A DNA stretch of 64,000 bases from Candidatus Nanoarchaeia archaeon. GTDB taxonomy: Archaea > Nanobdellota > Nanobdellia > SCGC-AAA011-G17 > GW2011-AR17. The stretch is from contig JAQTVM010000007.1 of NCBI GenBank assembly GCA_028706745.1, positions 7,008 through 71,007 on the forward strand. Direction: 5' to 3'. Shown piece after piece: positions 48,573 through 58,211 of this stretch. Within the stretch, counting starts at the first letter, position 1. Every line of letters begins with the position of its first letter. The translations under genes and the position numbers were made by a program. The notes under the pieces were generated by a model. It saw nothing but the letters and a program-made list of their open reading frames with translations, was not told the DNA's origin and did not search any database.

Positions 48573-48640
48573 CCCGTAGGGCCCATCAGGGGACTGCGGT
48601 CGCAAACATAGTGACTCCGACCGTAGGACCCATTTTTTTC
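48573..48640 (+). repeat. two tandem degenerate copies of the tRNA-Ile T-arm plus 3' acceptor half (…CCCGTAGGGCCCA / …CCGTAGGACCCA) ending in a T7 run
   Basis: exact 13-mer CCCGTAGGGCCCA of the tRNA-Ile 3' end recurs at 48573-48586 and a 2-mismatch version at 48621-48633; each is preceded by a T-stem-like complement. Confidence 0.5.
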
Positions 48641-48957
48641 GTCCTATATTCTGCAGTATACAAATGCTTTTAAAACAACAATCCATTCCTTACTTGAAAA
48701 AAGGTGTGAAAAGCCCGAACTATAAACCATGTATTCTAGAAAGGCAAGAACTAATCGAGCCAAAGAATACCCCCAAGTTTGGGCTCACAAATCCTTGAGG
48801 CGCGAAAAGCCCAGCCAGACCTGAGTCTCGCCATTGAAATGGAAAGAGGCAAAGAGCTTCGGCTCAATCAGTTTTGTTTGGGCTCGCAGGGCCATTATGG
48901 GCGCGCAGGAGTTTTAAGCATAATTCTTATAAAGAGATGAAAGATTACAAAAGTGCC

Positions 48958-49992
48958 ATGAAAACAGCAATATATTACAATAACAGTGATGTTAGAAACG
49001 AGGAAATGCCTGTTCCTGACATTTCAGATGATGAGATTCTTTTCAAGACAATAGCTTCAGGCATCTGCGGAAGCGACTTGATGGAATGGTACAGGATTAA
49101 GAAAGCGCCCTTAGTTTTGGGGCACGAGGTTGCGGGCATAGTTGAAAAAAAAGGAAAGAATGTTACTGATTTTGATGAAGGCGAGAAAGTTTTCGTGACG
49201 CATCACGTGCCTTGCGGCTCCTGCAAGTACTGTAAAAATGGCAATGACACTGCGTGCGACACTTTAAGAAAAACAAACTTCTATCCGGGCGGATTCTCTG
49301 AATACATCCGGATTCCTGCAATTAACATTGAAAAGGGGATGCTTAATCTCCCCTCAAACGTGGGATTTGAGGAAGGAACATTTATTGAGCCATTGGGATG
49401 TGCTGTAAGGGGGCAAAAGAGGCTGGGAATAAAACAGGATGATTCGCTTCTTGTAATGGGATGCGGGCCTGCAGGAATACTTCACATAAAACTGGCAAAG
49501 GCAAAAGGTGTAAAAAAAATAATGGCAACTGACATAAATCCTTACAGGATCCAATTGGCAAGGCTAAACAGCGCAATACCCATTCATGCGCTTGACGATG
49601 TGCATTCAATACTAAAATACAGGCTTAACGGAGAGCTTGCTGACAAGGTAATTGTATGCACAGGAGCCCTTCCTGCAGCAAAGCAGGCATTCAATTGCGT
49701 TGACAGGGGAGGAACTGTATTGTATTTTGCAGTTCCGCGCCCTGACGAGGATGTTGTTGCGCCTTTGAACGAATTCTGGAAAGACGAAAAGACGATTGCA
49801 TTTTCATACGGCGCAGGAATGCGAGACAATAAGGAAGCCTTGGAATTGATTGCCTCAGGCTCAGTTGACATAAGGGACATGATTACGCACAGGCTGCCTT
49901 TGGAAAAAGCAAAGGAAGGGTTCAGAATTGCTTCAAAAGAAATGGATGCAATGAAAGTCATATTTTACCCGCACGGAATTACAAAGGATTGA
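48958..49992 (+). CDS. zinc-dependent alcohol/threonine dehydrogenase family (MDR)
   Basis: GHEVAG catalytic-zinc motif, structural-zinc Cys cluster CGSCKYCKNGNDTAC, Rossmann GCGPAG; start chosen at the internal MKTAIYY (track ORF starts 48874). Confidence 0.8.
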   Translation: MKTAIYYNNSDVRNEEMPVPDISDDEILFKTIASGICGSDLMEWYRIKKAPLVLGHEVAGIVEKKGKNVTDFDEGEKVFVTHHVPCGSCKYCKNGNDTACDTLRKTNFYPGGFSEYIRIPAINIEKGMLNLPSNVGFEEGTFIEPLGCAVRGQKRLGIKQDDSLLVMGCGPAGILHIKLAKAKGVKKIMATDINPYRIQLARLNSAIPIHALDDVHSILKYRLNGELADKVIVCTGALPAAKQAFNCVDRGGTVLYFAVPRPDEDVVAPLNEFWKDEKTIAFSYGAGMRDNKEALELIASGSVDIRDMITHRLPLEKAKEGFRIASKEMDAMKVIFYPHGITKD

Positions 49993-50022
49993 CAAAAAGA
50001 AAGGAGAATACAGGAGGCTAAA

Positions 50023-50883
50023 ATGGAAACAAGGCAATGGTGGGCGAACATTGATGACATGTTTGGGTTTGCGGCAAGAGCTGCAAAAAAACATAAGGGA
50101 AACAGCATTACTGCAAGTTACCGCTCGCTGAATGACAAAAATTCAACAATAATCATTGAAGCTGACAGAAAGGGATTTGAAAAAGGCAGTTATGATTTTA
50201 TCTCATTTGAAACAGAATTTCCGTTTGGAAAAAAGGTTGATTCTGAAAAGCTGATAAGAAATGCGCTTGACAGCTTTGGAGGATATAATATTTATTTTTC
50301 AGCAAGCAAATTGCACAACAACGAAATAAAGGGGCTTGAAATGGAAATAAGGAAGGCAGACTGGATTGAATGCATCTTTCCTTACACTTCAGTTGCGCTT
50401 GACTGCTCAATTTCAGCAGACGGCGAAGTCACGAAAGATGATTTAAGGCATTACAAGGACATTGCGATGCTTCTTGGAGCAAGCGTGGAGCTTGGAGACA
50501 GTGAAACAGAGTTCAGCATAGCAGGGCAGATGAAAATCCCTTATGGAATGATTGCCTTTGATAGAGGAAAAATTTGGCAGCCTGTTGATGCTTTTAACGC
50601 AGCATACGGAAGAGGTATGGATGTTGAGATAAACTCTTGGAAAAAGGATACTGAGATATGCCTCAAGTTCGGAAAATACGGGCTTGAGAGAATTGCAGGA
50701 AGCATTTCAGCAAGGAAAAACCTTATTTTTGGCGTAAATAAGGGGCAAGCTGATGCAATGTACAGGCTTTTTTCAGGCGTAAGCGAGTTCTGCGCAAGGG
50801 AATGGATTGTTGAGCCGCATATTGAAAAAAAAGCAACTTATGAAACCCCTGAACCGAAATTAAAGATAAAGGTGAATGCATGA
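50023..50883 (+). CDS. hypothetical protein
   Basis: 286-aa ORF; 4-nt overlap with the downstream isomerase gene. Confidence 0.55.
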   Translation: METRQWWANIDDMFGFAARAAKKHKGNSITASYRSLNDKNSTIIIEADRKGFEKGSYDFISFETEFPFGKKVDSEKLIRNALDSFGGYNIYFSASKLHNNEIKGLEMEIRKADWIECIFPYTSVALDCSISADGEVTKDDLRHYKDIAMLLGASVELGDSETEFSIAGQMKIPYGMIAFDRGKIWQPVDAFNAAYGRGMDVEINSWKKDTEICLKFGKYGLERIAGSISARKNLIFGVNKGQADAMYRLFSGVSEFCAREWIVEPHIEKKATYETPEPKLKIKVNA

Positions 50884-51962
50884 ATGTAAAAATCAACGGC
50901 ATTAAAAAGCACTTCCGCACTGTTTGGATGAAAGGGAATAATGTGTTTATGATAAACCAGCCGTTATTGCCTCACAAATTCAAGATATTCAAGTGCAAGA
51001 CTTATCTTGACACTGTGGAAGCAATCAAGGATATGACTGTTCGGGGAGCAGGGGCTATTGGGGCAACTGCGGGTTATGCAATGTGCCAAGCTGCTCTGGA
51101 ATCAGCCAAACTGAGAAAGCCAATGAAATATCTTTTCAAGGCTGCAAACACAATAAAAGATTCGCGCCCAACTGCGCAGAACTTGTTTTATGCAGTTGAC
51201 AGGGTTTGCGATGCAATGCTCGGAAAAGAAACGCTTGAATCTGCTGTTGAGGCTGCTGTTCTTGAGGCAAACGCAATTGCTGACGATGATGCAGAAGCCT
51301 GCAAGAAGATTGGAGAGTTGGGGAATACGCTGTTGGGTTCCAAGGATTCTGTTTTAACGCACTGCAATGCAGGATGGCTTGCTTTTGTTGATTATGGTTC
51401 TGCTTTGTCTCCTGTGTACGCTGCAAAGGCAGCCGGAAAAAAGATTATTGTTTACTCTGACGAGACAAGACCCAGATTGCAGGGAGCTAATTTAACAGCT
51501 TGGGAATTGTTGAACGAAGGGATAGAGCATTACGTGATTCCTGACAACGCAGCAGGCGCTTTCATGAAAAACGGAAGAATAGGGATTGTAATTGTGGGCG
51601 CTGACAGGATTGCAAACAACGGGGACACTGCAAACAAGATAGGGACTTATGAGAAAGCAATCTGCGCAAGGGCTGCCGGAATTCCGTTTTATGTCGCTGC
51701 TCCGAGTTCAACATTTGATGTGAAATGTCGCAGTGGAAGGGACATCCCCATTGAATACAGAAGCGAGGATGAAGTTCATTGGGTTTATGGAATTACGGAA
51801 AAAAGAAGGAGAAGCAAAGTGCGAGTGACTCCTGAAGGCTCAAGAGCATTGAACCCTGCGTTTGACGTGACTCCTGCTGAGTATATTTCAGGTTTTATCA
51901 CGGAGAAAGGCATTATCTTCAACGAGAACAAGGGATTTGACTTTGAGAAGCTGTGGAAGTAA
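50880..51962 (+). CDS. eIF-2B alpha/beta/delta-like sugar-phosphate isomerase (ribose-1,5-bisphosphate or 5-methylthioribose-1-phosphate isomerase)
   Basis: 360 aa; VRGAGAIGATAGYAM… and …GADRIANNGDTANKIGTY typical of the eIF2B-related isomerase family. Confidence 0.75.
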   Translation: MNVKINGIKKHFRTVWMKGNNVFMINQPLLPHKFKIFKCKTYLDTVEAIKDMTVRGAGAIGATAGYAMCQAALESAKLRKPMKYLFKAANTIKDSRPTAQNLFYAVDRVCDAMLGKETLESAVEAAVLEANAIADDDAEACKKIGELGNTLLGSKDSVLTHCNAGWLAFVDYGSALSPVYAAKAAGKKIIVYSDETRPRLQGANLTAWELLNEGIEHYVIPDNAAGAFMKNGRIGIVIVGADRIANNGDTANKIGTYEKAICARAAGIPFYVAAPSSTFDVKCRSGRDIPIEYRSEDEVHWVYGITEKRRRSKVRVTPEGSRALNPAFDVTPAEYISGFITEKGIIFNENKGFDFEKLWK

Positions 51963-51963
51963 A

Positions 51964-52764
51964 ATGCAAAGAAGGGATTTTCTTAAAATACTTGGAATGG
52001 GGGCTGCTGCTTCATTAGTTCCTTCTGTGTTAAAAGCTGATGATAGAGACGAGAATAAAACAACGCCTTTGGAAGTTCCTGTCCTGATGTACCACGCAGT
52101 TGACAGGAAAGACAGCATTTATTCAAGAACTCCCGAGAGATTCAGGCAGGATTTGGAATGCCTTTATGAAAAAGGATACAAGCTGAGCACAATTGAAGAA
52201 TTGGTTAGCGGAAGCTTCAGCGCTGAAAAGCCTGTTGTAATCACATTTGATGATGCAAGGGGCTCGCAGTTCAGGCTGGAAGAAGAAGGGATTATTACCC
52301 ATAATTGCGCTGTGGGAATTATGGAAGATTTCTGCGGTTCCCATCCTGATTTTGGCAAGACAGCAATGTTTTATATTTCATTTTCAGCAAATGCCGCATT
52401 CGGGCAGAGAAACTCTGTTGAATACAAGCTTAACTGGCTTTTGGACAATGGATATGAAATCGGGAACCATACAATGAGGCACACCAATATGTCAAGGTGC
52501 AGTATTCAGGAATTCAGGGACACGATAACTGAATGCCAGGATAAGCTCGAGGATTACATTGGAGAAAGGATTTCGCTTGTAAAATCATTCTGCTTTCCGT
52601 ACTGCGCAGTCCCGTCTGATGAGAACAGATGGGAATTCCTGAGAAGTTATTTCACTTCTGCCACTATAGGCGGAGGAAGAAGCTATTGCAATGATGACTT
52701 GTTCAGGATTCCAAGGTACGGGATTGTCAGCTCCACAAGGATAGAACGGATAGCGGGATTATAA
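51964..52764 (+). CDS. polysaccharide deacetylase (CE4) with Tat signal
   Basis: MQRRDFLKILGMGAAASLVPSV twin-arginine signal; CE4 motifs VITFDDA and HTMRH. Confidence 0.75.
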   Translation: MQRRDFLKILGMGAAASLVPSVLKADDRDENKTTPLEVPVLMYHAVDRKDSIYSRTPERFRQDLECLYEKGYKLSTIEELVSGSFSAEKPVVITFDDARGSQFRLEEEGIITHNCAVGIMEDFCGSHPDFGKTAMFYISFSANAAFGQRNSVEYKLNWLLDNGYEIGNHTMRHTNMSRCSIQEFRDTITECQDKLEDYIGERISLVKSFCFPYCAVPSDENRWEFLRSYFTSATIGGGRSYCNDDLFRIPRYGIVSSTRIERIAGL

Positions 52765-52968
52765 AGCCAGCCTCCGGCGTTAATTCTCTTAATTTCAATT
52801 TATTAACCCTAATTCAGGATTTGGGACGTTTATCCGGACTATTGTTTCTTTTTGCAGAAGTTATGAAAAGTTTCCTGAATTTTTGAAGGATTTGCAAAAC
52901 AGCAGGCAAGGCTTAAAAAGGGCAGATTAAGTTATTGTCTTGACATTTTTAAAATAAGGGGTGATAAA

Positions 52969-53238
52969 ATGAAAAGGAAAATATCTTCAAAAGAATTTGA
53001 GATTCCGTGGTGGGACGACTGGTATAATGCGGACTGCATTGAAAGGCTCGAGCTTGTAAAAAAGCTGCTTATAACACGGGAGCTAACTGGCGCGTTTGTA
53101 AAGATGGGCATAAAGAAAAAATATGCTGAAACAGCTGCAGCGAGCAATGTAAACGGCTACTTTGAGGATTTTGAGAGCTATCTGGCAGAAAGGGAAAGGA
53201 TTGACGGACAAGGCAGAAAGAGGAGGCATAAAGCTTAA
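52969..53238 (+). CDS. hypothetical small protein
   Basis: 89-aa ORF with a GGGGTGA SD-like sequence upstream. Confidence 0.35.
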   Translation: MKRKISSKEFEIPWWDDWYNADCIERLELVKKLLITRELTGAFVKMGIKKKYAETAAASNVNGYFEDFESYLAERERIDGQGRKRRHKA

Positions 53239-53285
53239 ATACAACCTTGTTCCTCATTATTAACATATTGTTAATTTAAAGGAAC

Positions 53286-53774
53286 ATGAAAGGAATAAGC
53301 GGAAAGGAAATGGAAATCGTGTCGGAATTGGAATTCAAGAATCAGTACTTTTTTACCAGAGAGGAGATTAAAAGGCACTTTACAAGCGCAAATGAGATGA
53401 ATGTTTACCTTCACAGGATGCGGAAGAAAGGGAGGATAATAAAGCTGAACAAACATACGTATTACCTGATTCCTGTAAGGGCAATTGGCGGAAAGTGGTC
53501 AGAGCATCCATATGCCATTATAGATGAGATAATGGACGGCAAAGGATATTGCATTGCCGGCAAGGCCGCCGCTTATTACTGGAAGCACATGGAGCAAATC
53601 CCGTTCCAGTATGAGGTATTTAATACAAGAATGCAAAAAAAGATGGAAATTTTTCATGCCAAGATTAATTTTATAAAAAAAAGGAAGGAAAACCTGCCAA
53701 AAATTACAGAACGTGAAATTCGCGGGCACAGGTTCCTGATAGCAACAAAAGGAGAAAGCAGGAAATGGTCATAA
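53286..53774 (+). CDS. AbiEi-like putative antitoxin/regulator
   Basis: 162 aa directly upstream of, and overlapping, the AbiEii-like gene. Confidence 0.45.
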   Translation: MKGISGKEMEIVSELEFKNQYFFTREEIKRHFTSANEMNVYLHRMRKKGRIIKLNKHTYYLIPVRAIGGKWSEHPYAIIDEIMDGKGYCIAGKAAAYYWKHMEQIPFQYEVFNTRMQKKMEIFHAKINFIKKRKENLPKITEREIRGHRFLIATKGESRKWS

Positions 53775-54505
53775 CAATTGACGAGCTAACAATTATAGCA
53801 GGCAGTAAAGGGTTTGATATTGCAATAATCGAAAAAGATTATCTCCTCACTTACCTCCTTTACACAATCAAGGACGTTGAAGGGATATACTTTAAAGGCG
53901 GGACAGCGTTAAACAAGATATTCCTCAAGCACCAGAGAATTTCAGAAGACCTTGACTTTACATTATCAAGAAGCCTGCCTTCTGTTGAAAAAGACATAAG
54001 GGACAGGCTTAAAGGCACAATATTCAGCAACATAGAAGAAGGCAATAAAGTTGAAGGATTCACAAGACTCATTGTTCATTACAAACTGTTCCATGAGGCA
54101 GGCACAATATTCATTGACCTGAACGAAAGGGGAAAAATGCTTCTGAAACCTAAAAGATTCATGGTGCCTCATTTTTACGGCAGGCACATCCCTCGTTTTG
54201 AAGTAAGATGCATACATCAAAATGAGATAATTGCGGAAAAAGTAATGGCAGCCTGCCAGAGATACAAGCCAAGAGATTATTTTGACTTGTATTATATCAT
54301 CAAGCGCAATTTGCCGCTCTCAATCGGGCTTGTAAGGAAGAAATTCAGGGCAAATAATGAAAAGTTCAGCTCTTATCTGCTGTTCAAGAACACAAACAGG
54401 ATATTCAACAAATGGGAAGATGACTTGTCAAGCCTAACAAAAACACTGCCCTCTTTCAATAAAGTGATGCCTGTAATAAAAAAGAAAGTTAAGTACAGGG
54501 AGTAA
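53765..54505 (+). CDS. AbiEii/DUF1814-family nucleotidyltransferase toxin
   Basis: 246 aa; YFKGGTALNKIFLKHQRISEDLDF signature of the AbiEii nucleotidyltransferase family. Confidence 0.7.
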   Translation: MVITIDELTIIAGSKGFDIAIIEKDYLLTYLLYTIKDVEGIYFKGGTALNKIFLKHQRISEDLDFTLSRSLPSVEKDIRDRLKGTIFSNIEEGNKVEGFTRLIVHYKLFHEAGTIFIDLNERGKMLLKPKRFMVPHFYGRHIPRFEVRCIHQNEIIAEKVMAACQRYKPRDYFDLYYIIKRNLPLSIGLVRKKFRANNEKFSSYLLFKNTNRIFNKWEDDLSSLTKTLPSFNKVMPVIKKKVKYRE

Positions 54506-54546
54506 CCTTGTTATTAACAAAATGCTAAGATTGCTGTAACAGGGTA

Positions 54547-56694
54547 TCAGCTTACCTTGCTTCCCTCAGCAATGTCATTCTCCACTGTTAATAGCCCTAA
54601 CTTTTCATTCTCTGAAGCGGCTAGCAGCATTCCGTTGCTTTCAATGCCTCTCAGGACTACTGGTTGCAAGTTTGTTATGACTATAATCTTCTTTCCCAGA
54701 ATCTTTTCAATAGGATAATGCTTTCTTATGCCTGCGACAATCTGCCTTTCTTCCATGCATTTCCCGAAGTTGACTAATAAGACGACTAATTTGTCTGCGT
54801 TCGGATGAGGCTGTGCTTTCACGACTTTCCCGACTCTTATGTCCATTTTTGCGAATTCGTCATAGCTGACGTGGTTGCATGCAGGGCATGCTTTTAACTG
54901 CACTGACGCCGGTTCCTTGTGTTCTTTAGGATGTTCTTGTTTCATCTTATTTTCCTCCTTGTTCATCATGCTTCTTTCTTCAAGCGGATGTCCGCTTTGC
55001 TTGTCAATTGGCTTGACTTCCTTTGTTAATCGCTCTTTGAAGTATTCAGTGACTTTTGAAGTTTTTGTTTTAAGCTCTTCCATTTCCTTGTCTTCTAATT
55101 TATGGAAGAGAAGCTCTATTTTGTTTAATTTCTGGTTTGGCTTGACTTGCAGTTTATTTATTTTTTTCCAGTCCTTGTCTTTGGCGTTAAGCATCTTAAG
55201 TATTTTTTCTGAAGTTTGGGGCAGGAACGGCTGGACTAGCAAGGCTATCATTCTTGACATGTTTGCGCAGACGTACAAGACGTTCTTTGACTTTTCCGGC
55301 ACTTTCCACGGCTCGTTGTCCTGGAAATACTTGTTTGCCATTGCTGACAGTCTCATTGTTTCTTCCAAAGCGCTTCTTAACTCAACTCTTTCAAAGGCGG
55401 CTTTTATGACTTCTATTTGCTTTTCAACCTGCTTTAGGAAGGTTTTGTCTGCTTTTGTTAAAACTGCCTTGGGGACTTTGTTGCCGTATTTGCTTACTAT
55501 GAATGTCAGTGAGCGGTTGACGAAGTTCCCAAGATTGCCTACCAGCTCGTTGTTTATCTTGTCCTGGAAGTCTTTCCAGTAGAACTCAGTGTCTTTTGTC
55601 TCCGGTATGAGGAATGTCAGATAATATCTCCAGTAGTCAGGGCTTAAGCCGGTGGATGCAAGGTTTTCGCAGAAAACTCCCCATTTTTGGCTTTTTGAAA
55701 ACTTGCGCCCCTCAAAGTTAAGGTACTGCTGCCCGACTACATTATATGGCAGATTAAATTTTCCGTTAGCCATAATCATGGCCGGAAAAAATATTGTATG
55801 GAAAGGTATGTTATCCTTGCCCAGAAAATTATATATCCTTGCATTCTTGTCCTGCCAGAAGAGCTTCCACTTTGTCTTGTTCCACTCCTTTGTTGATGAA
55901 ATATAGCCAATCGGGGCATCAACCCAGACGTAATAGACTAAGTCTTCAAAGCCCTTAAACTGCACAGGCACTCCCCACTTGAGGTTTCTTGTAATGCACC
56001 TTGGCTTTAATCCCTCATTAATCCAGCCCAAAGCCAGGCTTCTTACCTGCTGCCTCCAGTGCTTGTTGCCTTTAATCCACTTCTCCAGCTTTGGAGAAAG
56101 CTTTTCAAAGTCCAGGAAGAGGTGCTTTTTTTCCCTGAATTCAATGTTTTTTGAATTGCAGATTGCACAGTAAGGGTTCTTCAGCTTTTCAGGGTCAAGC
56201 ATTGTGCTGCAGCTCTCGCACTGGTCGCCCCTTGCCTTATCGTATCCGCAGTTTGGGCAGGTTCCTTCTATGTAACGGTCGGAAAGTTGTCTCCTGCATT
56301 CGTTGCAGAAGGGCAGTGAAATGGTTTTTTCTATTATATAGCCATTCTTGTATATCTGGGCCATGAAGTCCTGGGTTGTCTTGTAGTGTATCGGCTTGCT
56401 TGTTCTTGAGAAGTTGTCATAGCTGATGTTAAACCAGTCGTATATACCCTTATGAAGCTTAAAGTAGAAGTCGCAGAGCTCCTTGGGGGTAATGCCATAC
56501 TTGCTTGCAGCTATTTCACTTGCTGTCCCGTGCTCGTCTGTGCCGCCAATGAAGACAGTTTGAAAGCCTTGTAATCTGCAGTATCTTGCGAAGATGTCAG
56601 CCGGCAGCTGAGAGCCCGCTATATGCCCCAGATGGGGAAGATTATTCGTATAGGGCAGTGCACATGTTATGAGACGCCTTTCCTTATTTTTCAT
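54547..56694 (-). CDS. metG: methionyl-tRNA synthetase with C-terminal tRNA-binding (EMAP/Trbp111-like) domain
   Basis: 715 aa; HIGH motif PYTNNLPHLGH, KMSKS motif KFSKS, zinc knuckles CPNC…CESC, C-terminal OB-fold tRNA-binding domain. Confidence 0.9.
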   Translation of the reverse strand: MKNKERRLITCALPYTNNLPHLGHIAGSQLPADIFARYCRLQGFQTVFIGGTDEHGTASEIAASKYGITPKELCDFYFKLHKGIYDWFNISYDNFSRTSKPIHYKTTQDFMAQIYKNGYIIEKTISLPFCNECRRQLSDRYIEGTCPNCGYDKARGDQCESCSTMLDPEKLKNPYCAICNSKNIEFREKKHLFLDFEKLSPKLEKWIKGNKHWRQQVRSLALGWINEGLKPRCITRNLKWGVPVQFKGFEDLVYYVWVDAPIGYISSTKEWNKTKWKLFWQDKNARIYNFLGKDNIPFHTIFFPAMIMANGKFNLPYNVVGQQYLNFEGRKFSKSQKWGVFCENLASTGLSPDYWRYYLTFLIPETKDTEFYWKDFQDKINNELVGNLGNFVNRSLTFIVSKYGNKVPKAVLTKADKTFLKQVEKQIEVIKAAFERVELRSALEETMRLSAMANKYFQDNEPWKVPEKSKNVLYVCANMSRMIALLVQPFLPQTSEKILKMLNAKDKDWKKINKLQVKPNQKLNKIELLFHKLEDKEMEELKTKTSKVTEYFKERLTKEVKPIDKQSGHPLEERSMMNKEENKMKQEHPKEHKEPASVQLKACPACNHVSYDEFAKMDIRVGKVVKAQPHPNADKLVVLLVNFGKCMEERQIVAGIRKHYPIEKILGKKIIVITNLQPVVLRGIESNGMLLAASENEKLGLLTVENDIAEGSKVS
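56375..56446. repeat. 72-nt core shared 71/72 with 59200-59271 (inside metG codons ~84-107)
   Basis: direct comparison of the two metG 5' copies: flanks ~75-80% identical with many synonymous differences, core essentially identical. Confidence 0.7.
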
Positions 56695-56783
56695 AGGAAT
56701 ATAAAATGCTGATTGTGTTTATATTCTTTGCGCAGAGAATAAGTGCAATCCAAATACATTGCCCTAGGCTGCACACCAAGGCA

Positions 56784-56795
56784 TATATTTATATA
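56784..56795 (+). promoter_or_regulatory. TATA-like element in the divergent metG / radical-SAM intergenic region
   Basis: TATATTTATATA about 58 nt upstream of the rSAM ATG; GGGGAGTGA SD 7 nt before ATG. Confidence 0.3.
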
Positions 56796-56852
56796 GAAAT
56801 GAGATATTAGCATATAAGAATTAATTAGTTTCAAATAGGGGAGTGATTAAAG

Positions 56853-58199
56853 ATGGGATACTTGGCCTTGCCAAAAAACTGTAAAATTGCCGGCACAAAA
56901 TCGCATATTATGATACATAATATCAAGACAAACGAAACAATTAGGATTTACCCGGAATTATACGATTTTATCAGAAAAGCGCAGCACAGGAATATTCAAA
57001 AAATAGATGAATTGGCTTCAGGCGCGAATATCAGCAAGGCACTGCAATTCCTGTTTAAAGAAAAGGGCTTATGCCTGTCAGAGCAGGAATATGCCTTCCC
57101 TGAATTAAAAGAAGGGGTGTATCTCAAGGAAGCAATGATAGAGATAACAGGGCATTGCAATCTTGCCTGCAGGCACTGCTATATGGTGGACTACCAGAAG
57201 TATGAATTATCTAAAGAAGAAATGTACGACATCATAGACCAGCTGCATAAAATGGGCGCTACAGGCATGGCATTGTCAGGTGGCGAGCCCCTGACGCATC
57301 CTTATTTTGATGATATTGTCAATTATGCCATACTTAAGGGGATAAGGGTAGGCGAGATATACACAAACGGGACGCTAATCTCAAAAAAGTTTGACATATT
57401 AAAGAAGATAGCTGATAATTTCGGCAGAATAGAGGTTTATGTCAGCCTTGACGGAATAGGGAAAACGCACGATTCTTTCCGCGGGCAGCCCGGGGCATTT
57501 GAAAAGACAATAGAAGGGATAAAGCTCCTGAAAAAATTAGGGGTTCAGATTAATATAACGTCCACGCTGTCAAGGCATAATATAGGGGAAATATTCGAAT
57601 TCTATGAGTTTGTCAAAACGCTAGGCATTTATAACTGGCACGTATCCCAGCCTTTCGGCATTGGCAGATGGACAACCATAGAAGAGGACATGCGCATCAG
57701 CCCAGGCGAGGAATGCGGCATATATATTGAGATAATAAAACGCTATCTGCGCGACAAGCCTGAAATGCACATTAACTTTTCGGAATTTTTTAACAGCATA
57801 ATCCTTGAGAAAGGGCTCCGCTTTTTTTCATGCGACAGCCATGTCTGCCCGTATGCCAGGAACAGGTGCGGCATCAAGCCCAACAAGGACATAACATGGT
57901 GCACTTCACTTAATGAGCAGATTGTCGGGAACCTAGGCAATAACAGCCTGTCAGGGATTTGGAATTCGGAAAGCATGCGCAAAATGAAGGACTTAAAAGT
58001 TGAAAATCTCAAATCCTGCAAGAACTGCAGGTACATGCACATCTGCGGAGGCGGCTGCCGCGTTTATTCCCAGCTGTACAACAAGGACGTCCTAAGCGAA
58101 GATCCAAGAAAATGCTTTTTTGTAAGGGAATTTTATGCAAAAGTGGTGCCAATGCTACCCAAAGATTTAAAAGCTAGCATTCTTAATAAGGTAGAATAA
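56853..58199 (+). CDS. radical SAM/SPASM-domain peptide-modifying enzyme with N-terminal RRE-like extension
   Basis: 448 aa; CNLACRHC (Cx3Cx2C); C-terminal SPASM Cys motifs (CDSHVCPY…C…CKNCRYMHICGGGCR); ~95-aa N-terminal domain before the rSAM core. Confidence 0.85.
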   Translation: MGYLALPKNCKIAGTKSHIMIHNIKTNETIRIYPELYDFIRKAQHRNIQKIDELASGANISKALQFLFKEKGLCLSEQEYAFPELKEGVYLKEAMIEITGHCNLACRHCYMVDYQKYELSKEEMYDIIDQLHKMGATGMALSGGEPLTHPYFDDIVNYAILKGIRVGEIYTNGTLISKKFDILKKIADNFGRIEVYVSLDGIGKTHDSFRGQPGAFEKTIEGIKLLKKLGVQINITSTLSRHNIGEIFEFYEFVKTLGIYNWHVSQPFGIGRWTTIEEDMRISPGEECGIYIEIIKRYLRDKPEMHINFSEFFNSIILEKGLRFFSCDSHVCPYARNRCGIKPNKDITWCTSLNEQIVGNLGNNSLSGIWNSESMRKMKDLKVENLKSCKNCRYMHICGGGCRVYSQLYNKDVLSEDPRKCFFVREFYAKVVPMLPKDLKASILNKVE

Positions 58200-58211
58200 G
58201 GAGGTTATGAA

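Noticed and set aside
48393-48686. 97-aa minus-strand ORF across the tRNA-Ile region
   Set aside because: It spans tRNA-Ile and the tRNA-like repeat remnants, so it is almost certainly non-coding.
54875-56366. Plus-strand ORFs (235, 84, 64, 71 aa) antisense to metG
   Set aside because: They fall inside the MetRS coding region, which has HIGH/KMSKS motifs on the minus strand.
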